64,000 bases of DNA from an uncultured cyanobacterium. Lineage in GTDB: Bacteria > Cyanobacteriota > Cyanobacteriia > Cyanobacteriales > Nostocaceae. The position numbers and the translations under genes are program-made. Shown piece by piece: positions 39,170 to 48,297 of the stretch. How positions within the stretch are numbered: position 1 is the first letter of the stretch; the number at the start of each line of letters is the position of its first letter. A model generated the notes under the pieces. It worked only from the letters and a program-made list of their open reading frames with translations, searched no databases and was not told where the DNA came from. The stretch spans positions 224,001 to 288,000 of the forward strand of contig OY970166.1 of assembly GCA_963706595.1 (NCBI GenBank), given 5' to 3'.

Positions 39170-40672
39170 ATGCTCAATCAAGACCAAACCCCCTTATTAG
39201 ATGCCTTAAAAGCTTGTACAACCCATGCTCACGCGCCTTTTTACACGCCAGGACATAAGCGAGGTGTGGGCATTTCTCAACCCTTGGCTGATTTACTGGG
39301 GACAAAAGTCTTTCGGGCTGATTTAACGGAATTGGCAGATTTAGATAATTTGTTTGCGCCCCAAGGCGTGATTTTAGCAGCGCAAGATTTAGCAGCAGAG
39401 GCTTTTGGGGCGGAAAAAACTTGGTTTCTGGTGAATGGTTCTACCTGTGGAATTGAAGCGGCAATTTTGGCTACCTGTGGCACTGGGGATAAAATTATTC
39501 TGCCGCGAAATGTGCATTTATCTGTAATTTCTGGCTTAATTCTCTCTGGTGCTATCCCGATTTTTGTTAATCCTGAATATGACTCAGTTTTAGATATTGC
39601 TCACAGTATCACAGCGCAAGCTGTAAAAACGGCACTGGAAAAGCATCCTGATACTAAGGCAGTGCTGGTAGTTTATCCTACATATTACGGTGTTTGTGGA
39701 GATTTGCAAGCGATCGCTCAAATTACTCACCAATATCATATCCCCTTACTGGTAGATGAGGCACACGGCGCACACTTTGCTTTTCATCCTGATTTACCTT
39801 TCTCAGCATTAGCCGCAGGTGCAGATTTAACAGTCCAGTCTACTCATAAGGTACTGGGTGCAATGACGCAAGCATCAATGTTACACATCCAAGGGGATAG
39901 GATAGACATTGACCGTGTAAATAAAGCTTTACAACTTGTGCAGTCTACCAGTCCGAGTTACATACTTTTAGCGTCTTTAGATGCCGCACGTCAACAAATG
40001 GCATTATCTGGAAAAGGGTTGATGTCTCGCACTTTAGAACTTGCAGATATAGCGAGAAGGAGAATTAGCGAAATTCCGGGATTATCGGTTTTGCAAATGC
40101 CAAATTTAGATCAAACACGGTTAACTGTCACCGTTTCTGGCTTAGGTTTAACCGGATTTGCAGCCGAAGAAATTTTAGACGAAAAGCTGGGTGTGACGGC
40201 TGAGTTTGCATCATTGCAACATCTCACGTTTATTATTAGTTTGGGCAATACCTTATCTGATATTGAGCAATTGGTGCAAGGTTTTATGAGAGTGGGGAGT
40301 GGGGAGTGGGGAGTTACTTCGACTTACTTCGACTTCGCTCAGTACAAGTCGCTCAGTAACCGAGGGAGTGGGGAGAGTAAGAGTAATCAGTCAACCAGGA
40401 AGGGGTTCGTTTTATGCGATAATTTAGGCAGTGTTTCTCCCCGTGAAGCTTTTTTTGCAGTTAGTGAAATTTTACCTTTGTCACAAACAAGCGATCGCAT
40501 CTGTACAGAAATCGTCTGTCCTTATCCTCCAGGAATCCCCATTTTAATGCCTGGAGAACTAATTACTCCAGCAGCCTTAGAATATTTACAACAAATTCAA
40601 TCAATGGGCGGATTTATCTCTGGTTGTGCAGATACCAGCCTGAAAACTTTAAAAGTAGTTCGTAATTCGTAA
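39170..40672 (+). CDS. Orn/Lys/Arg decarboxylase (PLP, fold type I)
   Basis: TPGHKRG, LVNGST, VDEAHG, VQSTHK, STSPSY and CPYPPGIP motifs. Confidence 0.92.
   Translation: MLNQDQTPLLDALKACTTHAHAPFYTPGHKRGVGISQPLADLLGTKVFRADLTELADLDNLFAPQGVILAAQDLAAEAFGAEKTWFLVNGSTCGIEAAILATCGTGDKIILPRNVHLSVISGLILSGAIPIFVNPEYDSVLDIAHSITAQAVKTALEKHPDTKAVLVVYPTYYGVCGDLQAIAQITHQYHIPLLVDEAHGAHFAFHPDLPFSALAAGADLTVQSTHKVLGAMTQASMLHIQGDRIDIDRVNKALQLVQSTSPSYILLASLDAARQQMALSGKGLMSRTLELADIARRRISEIPGLSVLQMPNLDQTRLTVTVSGLGLTGFAAEEILDEKLGVTAEFASLQHLTFIISLGNTLSDIEQLVQGFMRVGSGEWGVTSTYFDFAQYKSLSNRGSGESKSNQSTRKGFVLCDNLGSVSPREAFFAVSEILPLSQTSDRICTEIVCPYPPGIPILMPGELITPAALEYLQQIQSMGGFISGCADTSLKTLKVVRNS
40290..40373 (+). repeat. STRR plus two nested 24-nt SDR-like repeats, in frame within the decarboxylase
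   Basis: (GAGTGGG)n - TTACTTCGACT[TACTTCGACTTCGCTCAGTACAAG]TCGCTCAGTAACC - GAGGGAGTGGGG. Confidence 0.85.
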
Positions 40673-40676
40673 TTCA

Positions 40677-40778
40677 TATAGCAGTCCTAAATCATTTATA
40701 AACCTCTTTACTTCTTCACTTGGCGAACTTGGCGACTTGGCGGTTCGATAAATTCATAAATCAAATAGGATAGCTATA
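40677..40778. mobile_element. MITE-like element with TATAG...CTATA termini
   Basis: TATAGCAGTCCTAAATCATTTATAAA versus right-end reverse complement TATAGCTATCCTATTTGATTTATGAA. Related ends at 13579 and 60965/61089. Confidence 0.65.
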
Positions 40779-40840
40779 GTTTGTAGTTCGTAATTGTTGT
40801 ATTTTAGTAGTTCATCACATCCCCCCAGTTCCTATTCCCT

Positions 40841-41848
40841 ATGTTGCTTTTTATTCAAGTTATACTATGTTTCCTCGCCGTAATTGCTGTGGGAATGCGG
40901 CTTTCACAAAGTGCTGATGTTGTAGCAGAAAAAACTGGGCTGGGGCGTACCTGGGTTGGTGGTTTACTATTATCTGGTGTCACTTCTCTACCAGAATTGG
41001 CGACAGGAGTCAGTGCAGTTACTGTATTAAACGCCCCAGACTTAGCCGCAGGAGCAATTTTAGGTAGTTGTCTTTTCAATTTGATGATTCTGGGACTGCT
41101 GGATATTTTTAGCGGACGGGAACCATTACTCAAACGCGCACCTGTAGGGCTGGGACTCGCCGCTAGTCTGGGTTGTGCGATGTTGGGCGTAACTGCGGCG
41201 GGAATGCTATTGACTCAGCAAGGAATTTCTCTAACTTTAGGATGGGTTGGTGTTCCTAGCTTGTTATTAATTTTGCTTTATATCGTCAGCGCCAAAATGA
41301 TGACGCAGTTTGAAATGCGACGACTCGCCGCAGCTATTTTAGAAGCAGAACCGGAAGCTTTGCAATACCAGCACGTTAAGCGGGGACAAGCTTATCTGAA
41401 TTTTACCTTACTTGCTATAGCTACTGTCATCCTGGGTGTGTGGTTGGCGTATTTAGGCGACCAAGTTTCCACAGTCACGGGACTAGGACAAAGCTTTATC
41501 GGGGCGTTGCTGTTAGCTGGGGCGACATCATTACCGGAAGTGGTGGTATCTGTGGAAGCTATTCGCATGAATGCGGTAGAAATGGCTGTGTCGAATCTTT
41601 TTGGTTCTAATCTCTGGAATTTAGCGATTCTGGGAATTTACGATGTGGTTTACCTGAAAGGGAATTTGTGGTTGGAAATTAGTGATGTGCATTTGTTGAC
41701 TGCGATTATTGCCATGATTATGACTTCAGTAGCAACTGCTGGACTAATATATCATGCTGTCAGTCGCACCCAAATCTATGTGACTTGGGATGGACTGACT
41801 CTCATCGCTCTCTACATTGGGGGAATGTATATTATATACCGCAGTTGA
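40841..41848 (+). CDS. Sodium:calcium antiporter (CaCA family)
   Basis: Two alpha repeats, GVTSLPEL...GAILGS and GATSLPEV...NLFGSN. Confidence 0.9.
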   Translation: MLLFIQVILCFLAVIAVGMRLSQSADVVAEKTGLGRTWVGGLLLSGVTSLPELATGVSAVTVLNAPDLAAGAILGSCLFNLMILGLLDIFSGREPLLKRAPVGLGLAASLGCAMLGVTAAGMLLTQQGISLTLGWVGVPSLLLILLYIVSAKMMTQFEMRRLAAAILEAEPEALQYQHVKRGQAYLNFTLLAIATVILGVWLAYLGDQVSTVTGLGQSFIGALLLAGATSLPEVVVSVEAIRMNAVEMAVSNLFGSNLWNLAILGIYDVVYLKGNLWLEISDVHLLTAIIAMIMTSVATAGLIYHAVSRTQIYVTWDGLTLIALYIGGMYIIYRS

Positions 41849-44800
41849 GTCGCTAAAGCTCCAGCGATCGCACTCGCAAACAAAGAAGTTACAGCCGTCC
41901 CAAATAGCCACCAAGCTGCATTCGCCACAATTCTTTTAGTTTCCTCAGCTTGATGTTTGGCTTGTTCTTGCACTGCTTCTAGGCGTTTTTGCACTTCTTG
42001 CTGGATGCGTTCACCTCTTTGCAATACACTATCCCGCGCCGCTTCGATTTGGTTGATAATTCGGTTAGCATCCTCTTCGGTAATATCTTCACGAGAACTG
42101 AGGACAGCAACTAGGGTATCACGATCAAATTGGCTCAGGCGATCGCGCAAAGCTTCAAATCCTGCTTGGGGGTCATCAAATAACTTGGCGAAGTCTTGCT
42201 GAATCCCTTCATAATTTAGTTCTGGACGCTCCAAGGAGTTGAGGTAATCACGGATTTGGGCAAAAACGCCGTCAATTACAGATTGCAACCTTTCCTGAAC
42301 CTGCTGAATTTGACTCACAACTGAATCACGCACCGATTCAATTTGATCGACAATCCGGTTAGCTTCCTCTTCCGAAATATCTTCCCTTTCAGATAGTAAA
42401 GCCACAATTGTAGAACGGTCAAATTTAGCGAGGCGATCACCTAAATTTCCCACTCCCACTTGTGGGTCTCGCAGCAACAATTGCAAGTCACGTTTGATGC
42501 TTTCGGGGTTGAGTTCTTCTTTATCAGTATGACGCAAATAATTTTCTAGATGAGCTTCAAAATCCGTCACTCTTTGAACCGCACGACTAGCATAGCGTCT
42601 TGGGGCTTTGATAATACTGTTAATTGCCTTTTGTACCTGATCAATTCTTTGATTAACTTGCTCTTCGCTCAAATCTTGGCTTTGACTGAGGAGTTTAACC
42701 AATGTATCACGGTCAATTTGGGATAGGCGATGGCGGAATGCTAAAGCACCCTCTCGCGGATCAGCAAGTAATGTTTCCAAATCTCCTCTAATACTTTCTG
42801 GGTTGAGTTCTTCCAAATTAGTCTTACGGAGATATTCAGCTAATTGATTGACTGTGGTTTGGGGTAATTGTAAAATGCGATCGCGTACTGATTGGATTTG
42901 ATCAAAGATTTTGTTTACTTCTTCCTCGCTCAAATCTTGCCTTTGACTGAGCAATTTTACCACTGTATCACGGTTAAAATGAGATAGGCGATCGCGAATT
43001 AAATAAATTCCTACTTCTGGCTGTTCTAGGAGAGTGCTAAATTCACGTTTAATACCTTCAGGATTCAATTCGTCTTTGTTCGTATTCCGCAGATAGTCTT
43101 CAATTTTTTGCCATAATTCATTGGCTTTTGCTGTTGTTTCTGCTTGGCGTTCTCGTTCTTCATTCAAAACTTGAGTACAGATACTTTCCAGTTGATTAAC
43201 AATATGATCAGCTTCTGCTTCACTCAAATCTTGACGATGCAAAAGTAAGCGCACAAAAGTATCATGCTCAAAGGCTTGTAAGCGAATCTCTAAATCCGTA
43301 AACTCTTGTAATAAACTGGTGAAATCTCGTTCAATAGCCTCTGCATTCAGTTCCGCTTTACTTGTAGAACGCAAATAATTTTCCACACGCAAACGCAATT
43401 CTTCGCCTTTTTCGCGAACTTCCGCCTGTTGAACAATTTCTAAAACTTCCTCACGAACGCTTTCCATCTGGTGAGTAATTTCAGCTACTCTCGCCTCGCT
43501 GATATCGCCGCGCTGTTTCAACCAATATCTCAAATCCTCTTGATTAATCTCCGCTAATTCCCGGCGTGTCGTTGTCGGATTTGCTTGTGGATCATAGATA
43601 ACTTCTTGAAATTCATCTCTAATTGTAGTGCGGTTTAAATGCCAAGGCAAACAATTGAGAATGTAATCTTTTACATCCGCCTTAATAGTATTTTCGGGTT
43701 GCTGTGGTAATCTTGCAGCTATTTGTCCAGTAGTTTGATCTCTAATCTCTTCTAACTGGTGTGTAATTTTCTCAACGTCTATATCTTTAACCTGATCTCT
43801 GAGCTTTTGGACTTGAGTTGTAATTTTTTCTAGATCAATATCAGCAAAATCTACTCGATTTAATACTGCTGTACCCGCAGCACCCAAGCCATATTGTATC
43901 CCTTGTTTAATTAAAGTATTACGACCATTGCCATTTTCTCTAACTCCCACCAATTCCTGAAGCCGTTCACCTAATTTTTCAGACTTCAACTCTTCAGGTG
44001 TAGCAGATTTGAGTAAATTAATTACTTGCTCAGTGGGATTTTGACTAGCAATAACTTGTTTCCAAGCAGCTTCTAATTGGTCAGCAATTTGATTAATCTG
44101 TTGTTTGGATAAATTTACCTGACTGCTAATTAAATCAATAAATGTTTGGCGGTTGATGTTTTCTAGTAAATCACCATCACCAAGAGATGCTAAATCTACA
44201 TCACTGAGAATTTGATCAAATTGTTGGCGAACCTCTGCTAAATTCAGTTGCGGTACTTGCAGAGATTTCAAAGAATTTTGTAGAGTATTATTGATACCTT
44301 CAGTATCAAACCCCGAAGTTAATTCCCGCCGAACTGCATCTGTAATTTCTTCAGCAGTAGAAACCGCTTGTTTTTTCGCCACATTCGCGCCAATTGTCGC
44401 CGATGCAGTTCCCAATATCGCCTGTAATCCCGCATTGGTAGTATTGATAAAAGAACCAACCAAGGAACTCAGAGTTGATGAACCCAGCCAAACCACTAAT
44501 GTAAAATAGGTAGACCAGATAACCACACCCATAATTGCGCCTAAGAGCATACTTTCAATTAAGCTCAATTTCACGGCGAGAAAACAAGCAACAAATAACG
44601 CCATACTAGCGGTTATTAATGCCCAAAATCCTACTTTAGTTTCAACCTTGCGAATTGTCCCACCCCAGCTACTCGACTCAGACCGAGAGAAAGAATCAGT
44701 TCCTAAAGATAGAATTCCTACAGCCAGGGAAAAGTTGGTCAATAAAAATTGAAAAGCCAAAGCCATTAAAGTCCCGGCTAATAGTGCGACTAACAACTTA

Positions 44801-44919
44801 GGTCCAGAAAAAACTAATGATATTTGTTCTGGAGTTAAAACTTCTGACATTTCATTTCCGGGTGCTATTTCCATAGATAGCCAAACACCCGTCAAAATGT
44901 TTTCTACACCTTGAAACAT
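41812..44919 (-). CDS. Large membrane-anchored helical repeat protein of unknown function
   Basis: N-terminal hydrophobic helices, about six YLR.T.K.ELNPE.I.RD...DRLS.FDRDT.V.LLS.R.D.SEEE repeats, and a C-terminal TM helix. Confidence 0.85.
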   Translation of the reverse strand: MFQGVENILTGVWLSMEIAPGNEMSEVLTPEQISLVFSGPKLLVALLAGTLMALAFQFLLTNFSLAVGILSLGTDSFSRSESSSWGGTIRKVETKVGFWALITASMALFVACFLAVKLSLIESMLLGAIMGVVIWSTYFTLVVWLGSSTLSSLVGSFINTTNAGLQAILGTASATIGANVAKKQAVSTAEEITDAVRRELTSGFDTEGINNTLQNSLKSLQVPQLNLAEVRQQFDQILSDVDLASLGDGDLLENINRQTFIDLISSQVNLSKQQINQIADQLEAAWKQVIASQNPTEQVINLLKSATPEELKSEKLGERLQELVGVRENGNGRNTLIKQGIQYGLGAAGTAVLNRVDFADIDLEKITTQVQKLRDQVKDIDVEKITHQLEEIRDQTTGQIAARLPQQPENTIKADVKDYILNCLPWHLNRTTIRDEFQEVIYDPQANPTTTRRELAEINQEDLRYWLKQRGDISEARVAEITHQMESVREEVLEIVQQAEVREKGEELRLRVENYLRSTSKAELNAEAIERDFTSLLQEFTDLEIRLQAFEHDTFVRLLLHRQDLSEAEADHIVNQLESICTQVLNEERERQAETTAKANELWQKIEDYLRNTNKDELNPEGIKREFSTLLEQPEVGIYLIRDRLSHFNRDTVVKLLSQRQDLSEEEVNKIFDQIQSVRDRILQLPQTTVNQLAEYLRKTNLEELNPESIRGDLETLLADPREGALAFRHRLSQIDRDTLVKLLSQSQDLSEEQVNQRIDQVQKAINSIIKAPRRYASRAVQRVTDFEAHLENYLRHTDKEELNPESIKRDLQLLLRDPQVGVGNLGDRLAKFDRSTIVALLSEREDISEEEANRIVDQIESVRDSVVSQIQQVQERLQSVIDGVFAQIRDYLNSLERPELNYEGIQQDFAKLFDDPQAGFEALRDRLSQFDRDTLVAVLSSREDITEEDANRIINQIEAARDSVLQRGERIQQEVQKRLEAVQEQAKHQAEETKRIVANAAWWLFGTAVTSLFASAIAGALATQLRYIIYIPPM

Positions 44920-45357
44920 AATTTTATTTTCCTATACCGCTCAATTAAAGCCATTTCTTATGAAAAAGGCTGACTTACATAGTTTAAATTGCCAATTATC
45001 TAGACCTACACTTTCTTAGGTAAGAAATACTTTTTCCAGAAGTCATAGATTTATCTTTATACTCCGTAAAAAGCCACTCTACTATATAACCCACGAACAA
45101 AAAGATCCCCGACTTCTTCAAGAAGTCGGGGATCTAAGCATAGATGTATTTAACAACTACTTATGTCTAATGATAGAGAGTGCAATTATGTCAAGAGATT
45201 GATGGAAAAGTTTTCCACAAATGTGTAAATAGAGATGTTGATAGCATTTTGTATAGGAATGCACTTTAATAATTTACTAGCTTACCTTATACAGTCTTTG
45301 TCACTGCGGGTGAATTAAAGCGTAAATTTACAAAAAATTGAAATAGAGGAATTTAAA

Positions 45358-46026
45358 ATGGTTACAACCGTGCGTAGACGAGCTGTAGGTACTTTTTCTA
45401 ATCGTAGAGACGCTGAACAAGCACTGCATGAATTGAAAAATTCCGGCTTTCCAATGGATAGAGTTTCTGTGATTGCCAAAGACGCAGATCATAAAGCTGA
45501 TGTTGGCGGGAGACCAGTCCAAGAACGGGTAGGTAATAAAGCGGACGAGGGTGCAACAACTGGGGCGATGACTGGCGGTGCGGTGGGCGGTATCACTGGC
45601 TTATTAGTTGGTCTGGGAACTTTAGCAATTCCTGGAATTGGTCCAATTATGCTCGCAGGTGCAACAGCAACAACTTTAGCTACCACTCTGGCTGGGGCTG
45701 GTATTGGTGCAGCTGCTGGAGGCTTACTTGGGGCATTAATCGGGTTAGGAATACCCGAAGAACGAGCCAAAGTTTATCACCAGCGTGTGGAACAAGGACA
45801 TTATTTAGTAATGGTAGAAGGCACAGACGCAGAAATTTCGGCAGCCGAAAGAATTTTCAATCGCTACGGTATTGAAGAGTTTGGTGTTTATGACTATCCT
45901 AATAATCAAATAGAACATCTCCCAGAACACGATTCAATCAGACGTGAGACTACACCCGTTGTAGATGCAGTTAGTACCAATGATCCAAGCGTAGTGATTA
46001 TTGATCGTCGTGATGAAAAAGCTTAA
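45358..46026 (+). CDS. General stress protein (YflT/17M-like, glycine zipper)
   Basis: RAVGTF...AEQAL.EL...GF, GLGTLAIPGIGP and LGIPEERAK.Y motifs. Confidence 0.85.
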   Translation: MVTTVRRRAVGTFSNRRDAEQALHELKNSGFPMDRVSVIAKDADHKADVGGRPVQERVGNKADEGATTGAMTGGAVGGITGLLVGLGTLAIPGIGPIMLAGATATTLATTLAGAGIGAAAGGLLGALIGLGIPEERAKVYHQRVEQGHYLVMVEGTDAEISAAERIFNRYGIEEFGVYDYPNNQIEHLPEHDSIRRETTPVVDAVSTNDPSVVIIDRRDEKA

Positions 46027-46157
46027 TTCAATTTGCTGATCATTGACAACACATTCATTTTATTAGGAGTAGGAAGAGCATTAAAATTTGCTTCTCGCTA
46101 CTCCTAAAAACGTCGATATATTTTTAAACTTTGAATTTGTGAGGAAGACTTACCAAA

Positions 46158-46619
46158 ATGAACAAGCTAACTACTTTATTAATTAGTTGCGTTTTATTAT
46201 TTGGTGCTGCTGCTTGTGAAGATGCGGCGAGAACAACTCGAACTGCGCCTGAGCCTGGTCAAGTTGGAGAAGTACCAGCCCCACAAGAAACACAAGCTGC
46301 TAGAGAAGATGCTCAGAGCGAACTTCGCAGAAGACAACTAGATGCAGATATTCGCGCTCGTGAAGAGCGAAATCTAGCTGCTGGTGGCGATATTACCGAT
46401 AGAACTACGGAAGACTTAGCCAGTGAGGTTCGTTCTAAATTGGAGGCTAATATCCCAGGTGGTAGACTAACAGTTCAGGCCACAGAAGCAGGTACTGTCA
46501 CTGTCTCAGGAACTGTAAATAATCAGGATCAGTTATCTAAGATTGAACCATTAGCACAAGAAATTAATGGTGTGAATAATGTGATTGTTAACGCAGTTGT
46601 TGCCCCACCACAAGGCTAA
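46158..46619 (+). CDS. BON-domain lipoprotein
   Basis: Lipobox LFGAAAC and C-terminal BON domain (VTVSGTV...LA.EI.GV..V). Confidence 0.85.
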   Translation: MNKLTTLLISCVLLFGAAACEDAARTTRTAPEPGQVGEVPAPQETQAAREDAQSELRRRQLDADIRAREERNLAAGGDITDRTTEDLASEVRSKLEANIPGGRLTVQATEAGTVTVSGTVNNQDQLSKIEPLAQEINGVNNVIVNAVVAPPQG

Positions 46620-46850
46620 ATTGGTTAATTTAGGAGAACGAAGTCCACAATTTCAGCGTAGTGAGGGAGAGACTCCCTCATTACGAGTAAATGAAATATA
46701 CATATTAATATTATAAATCTTGTGGGGAGGGCAAAGATGCCCGCCTTTGTGGAGGTAAAAAACTTTCAGGGAGATCATAAAGCTGATTGTGATCTGTATT
46801 CATATCCAGTAATTTAGAATAAATGCTGTAGCTACCAAATTTAAAAAACT

Positions 46851-47288
46851 ATGGAAACTGAACAAAAGCAACTAGAACCAGTGGATGCGATGGTCGCACC
46901 TGGTGGAATGCTACCACCAAGCGGCGGAGAAACTGCAAACTTATCTCAGCTACCTCCAGCTTATGAACCGGAAGCTCAATGGCGACGATTTGCGAGCAGA
47001 AGCACTCAGTTTTTAGAACAACTACCGGAATATGTAAGTAGCTTTTTTCAGAAAAATCAGCGCTCTTTGATTAGTATTGTGTTAATTTTGAGTGCAATTA
47101 TGACATTTAAGGTAGTAATCGCCATCTTAGGCGCTATCAATGGTGTTCCTCTCCTATCACCTACTTTTGAGTTGATTGGTATTGGTTATTTTATTTGGTT
47201 TAGTCTGCGTTATTTGACTAAATCTGAAAGTCGCCAAGAATTAACTGAGAAATTCCGATTATTGAAACAAGAAATTGTGGGCGAGTAA
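46851..47288 (+). CDS. CAAD-domain (CURT1/CurT-like) membrane protein
   Basis: AIN.VPLL.P.FELIGIGY..WF..RYL...ESRQEL signature. Confidence 0.88.
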   Translation: METEQKQLEPVDAMVAPGGMLPPSGGETANLSQLPPAYEPEAQWRRFASRSTQFLEQLPEYVSSFFQKNQRSLISIVLILSAIMTFKVVIAILGAINGVPLLSPTFELIGIGYFIWFSLRYLTKSESRQELTEKFRLLKQEIVGE

Positions 47289-47459
47289 TTTTTCAAATCA
47301 AATATAGAACCTCACCCCCAGCCCCTCTCCTTATCAAGGAGAGGGGAGAGAAGCTTAACCCACGATGATCATCGATAAATTGGAATTTTTTTATTTGTCA
47401 AGCTCCAATTTTGTAAATCGAATATAGAATCTCACCCCCAGCCCCTCTCCTTATCAAGG

Positions 47460-47621
47460 CTATGGTGTACACACAAATCATTAAATTACTCCAAATCTTT
47501 TTTAGTAGGGTGTGTTGTTGCGTAGCGCAACGCACCATCCTAGATTTTCGGTGCGTTAGGACTAACGTCCATAACACACCCTACCCAAATCAAGGTTTTT
47601 AGACTTGTGTGTACACGTTAG
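47460..47621. mobile_element. 162-bp MITE with an 11-bp target duplication, carrying an inverted REP pair
   Basis: TIRs CTATGGTGTACACACAAATC / GACTTGTGTGTACACGTTAG. Direct repeat CCTTATCAAGG at 47449-47459 and 47622-47632. Empty site at 47329-47339. Confidence 0.85.
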
Positions 47622-47800
47622 CCTTATCAAGGAGAGGGGAGAGAAATTGCTGGGTTGCAAAATTATAATTGCAGTTTACGTCTAAAGGTAGAAAAAAGAA
47701 GAGTTATTTTTTATTTAAATTAGTTCTAAAGATAGTAGTTTTATTATTTTAATTAGTTTAATCTAGTTCTCGCAGTGATTTAAAGAAGGCGTGATTATAT

Positions 47801-48211
47801 ATGACTAATAAAAAAGTGAATCATCAGACTACAGATTCATCTGAACGTGCAGATGTAGATAATTATGATCGAGGAATAATACCTGCTGAAACCGCAGCTC
47901 GTAAAGCAAGAGAAGGCGAAAATTATAAAACTCTTCCCACAGAACAAACACAGGAAGATGCATCTACAAATGACCAAAGTAATTCAGAGAGCATAAATAC
48001 CACTGATGGCTACACAATAGACCAAGAAGGTTTAGTGAATAACTACGCTGTGGAGCCAGAAATGTATTATGAAACACCGGGAGACGCGCGAAAACAGGCA
48101 ATACAAGACAGCGCTGACCGGATTGAAGAACTCCACGAAATAAATGAGGATCAAGAAGGTAAGTTGACGGAAAAGAGTGACACCAGGGGTAAAGGACCAG
48201 GACGAATTTAG
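47801..48211 (+). CDS. Hydrophilic acidic hypothetical protein
   Basis: 136-aa ORF with low hydrophobicity, containing YDRGIIPAETAAR and GYTIDQEGLVNNYAVEPEMY. Located in the stress cluster. Confidence 0.75.
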   Translation: MTNKKVNHQTTDSSERADVDNYDRGIIPAETAARKAREGENYKTLPTEQTQEDASTNDQSNSESINTTDGYTIDQEGLVNNYAVEPEMYYETPGDARKQAIQDSADRIEELHEINEDQEGKLTEKSDTRGKGPGRI

Positions 48212-48297
48212 TTATGTTTGTCACAGTCGTTCTACCCCACCCCCAACCCCTCCCCGCAGGCGAGGAGGGGAGCTAGAGGATATGGGTTTTGTCTTTG

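Noticed and set aside
47296..47645. Repeat-spacer-repeat resembling a mini CRISPR
   Set aside because: Only two copies of a dispersed hairpin repeat, explained by a MITE insertion.
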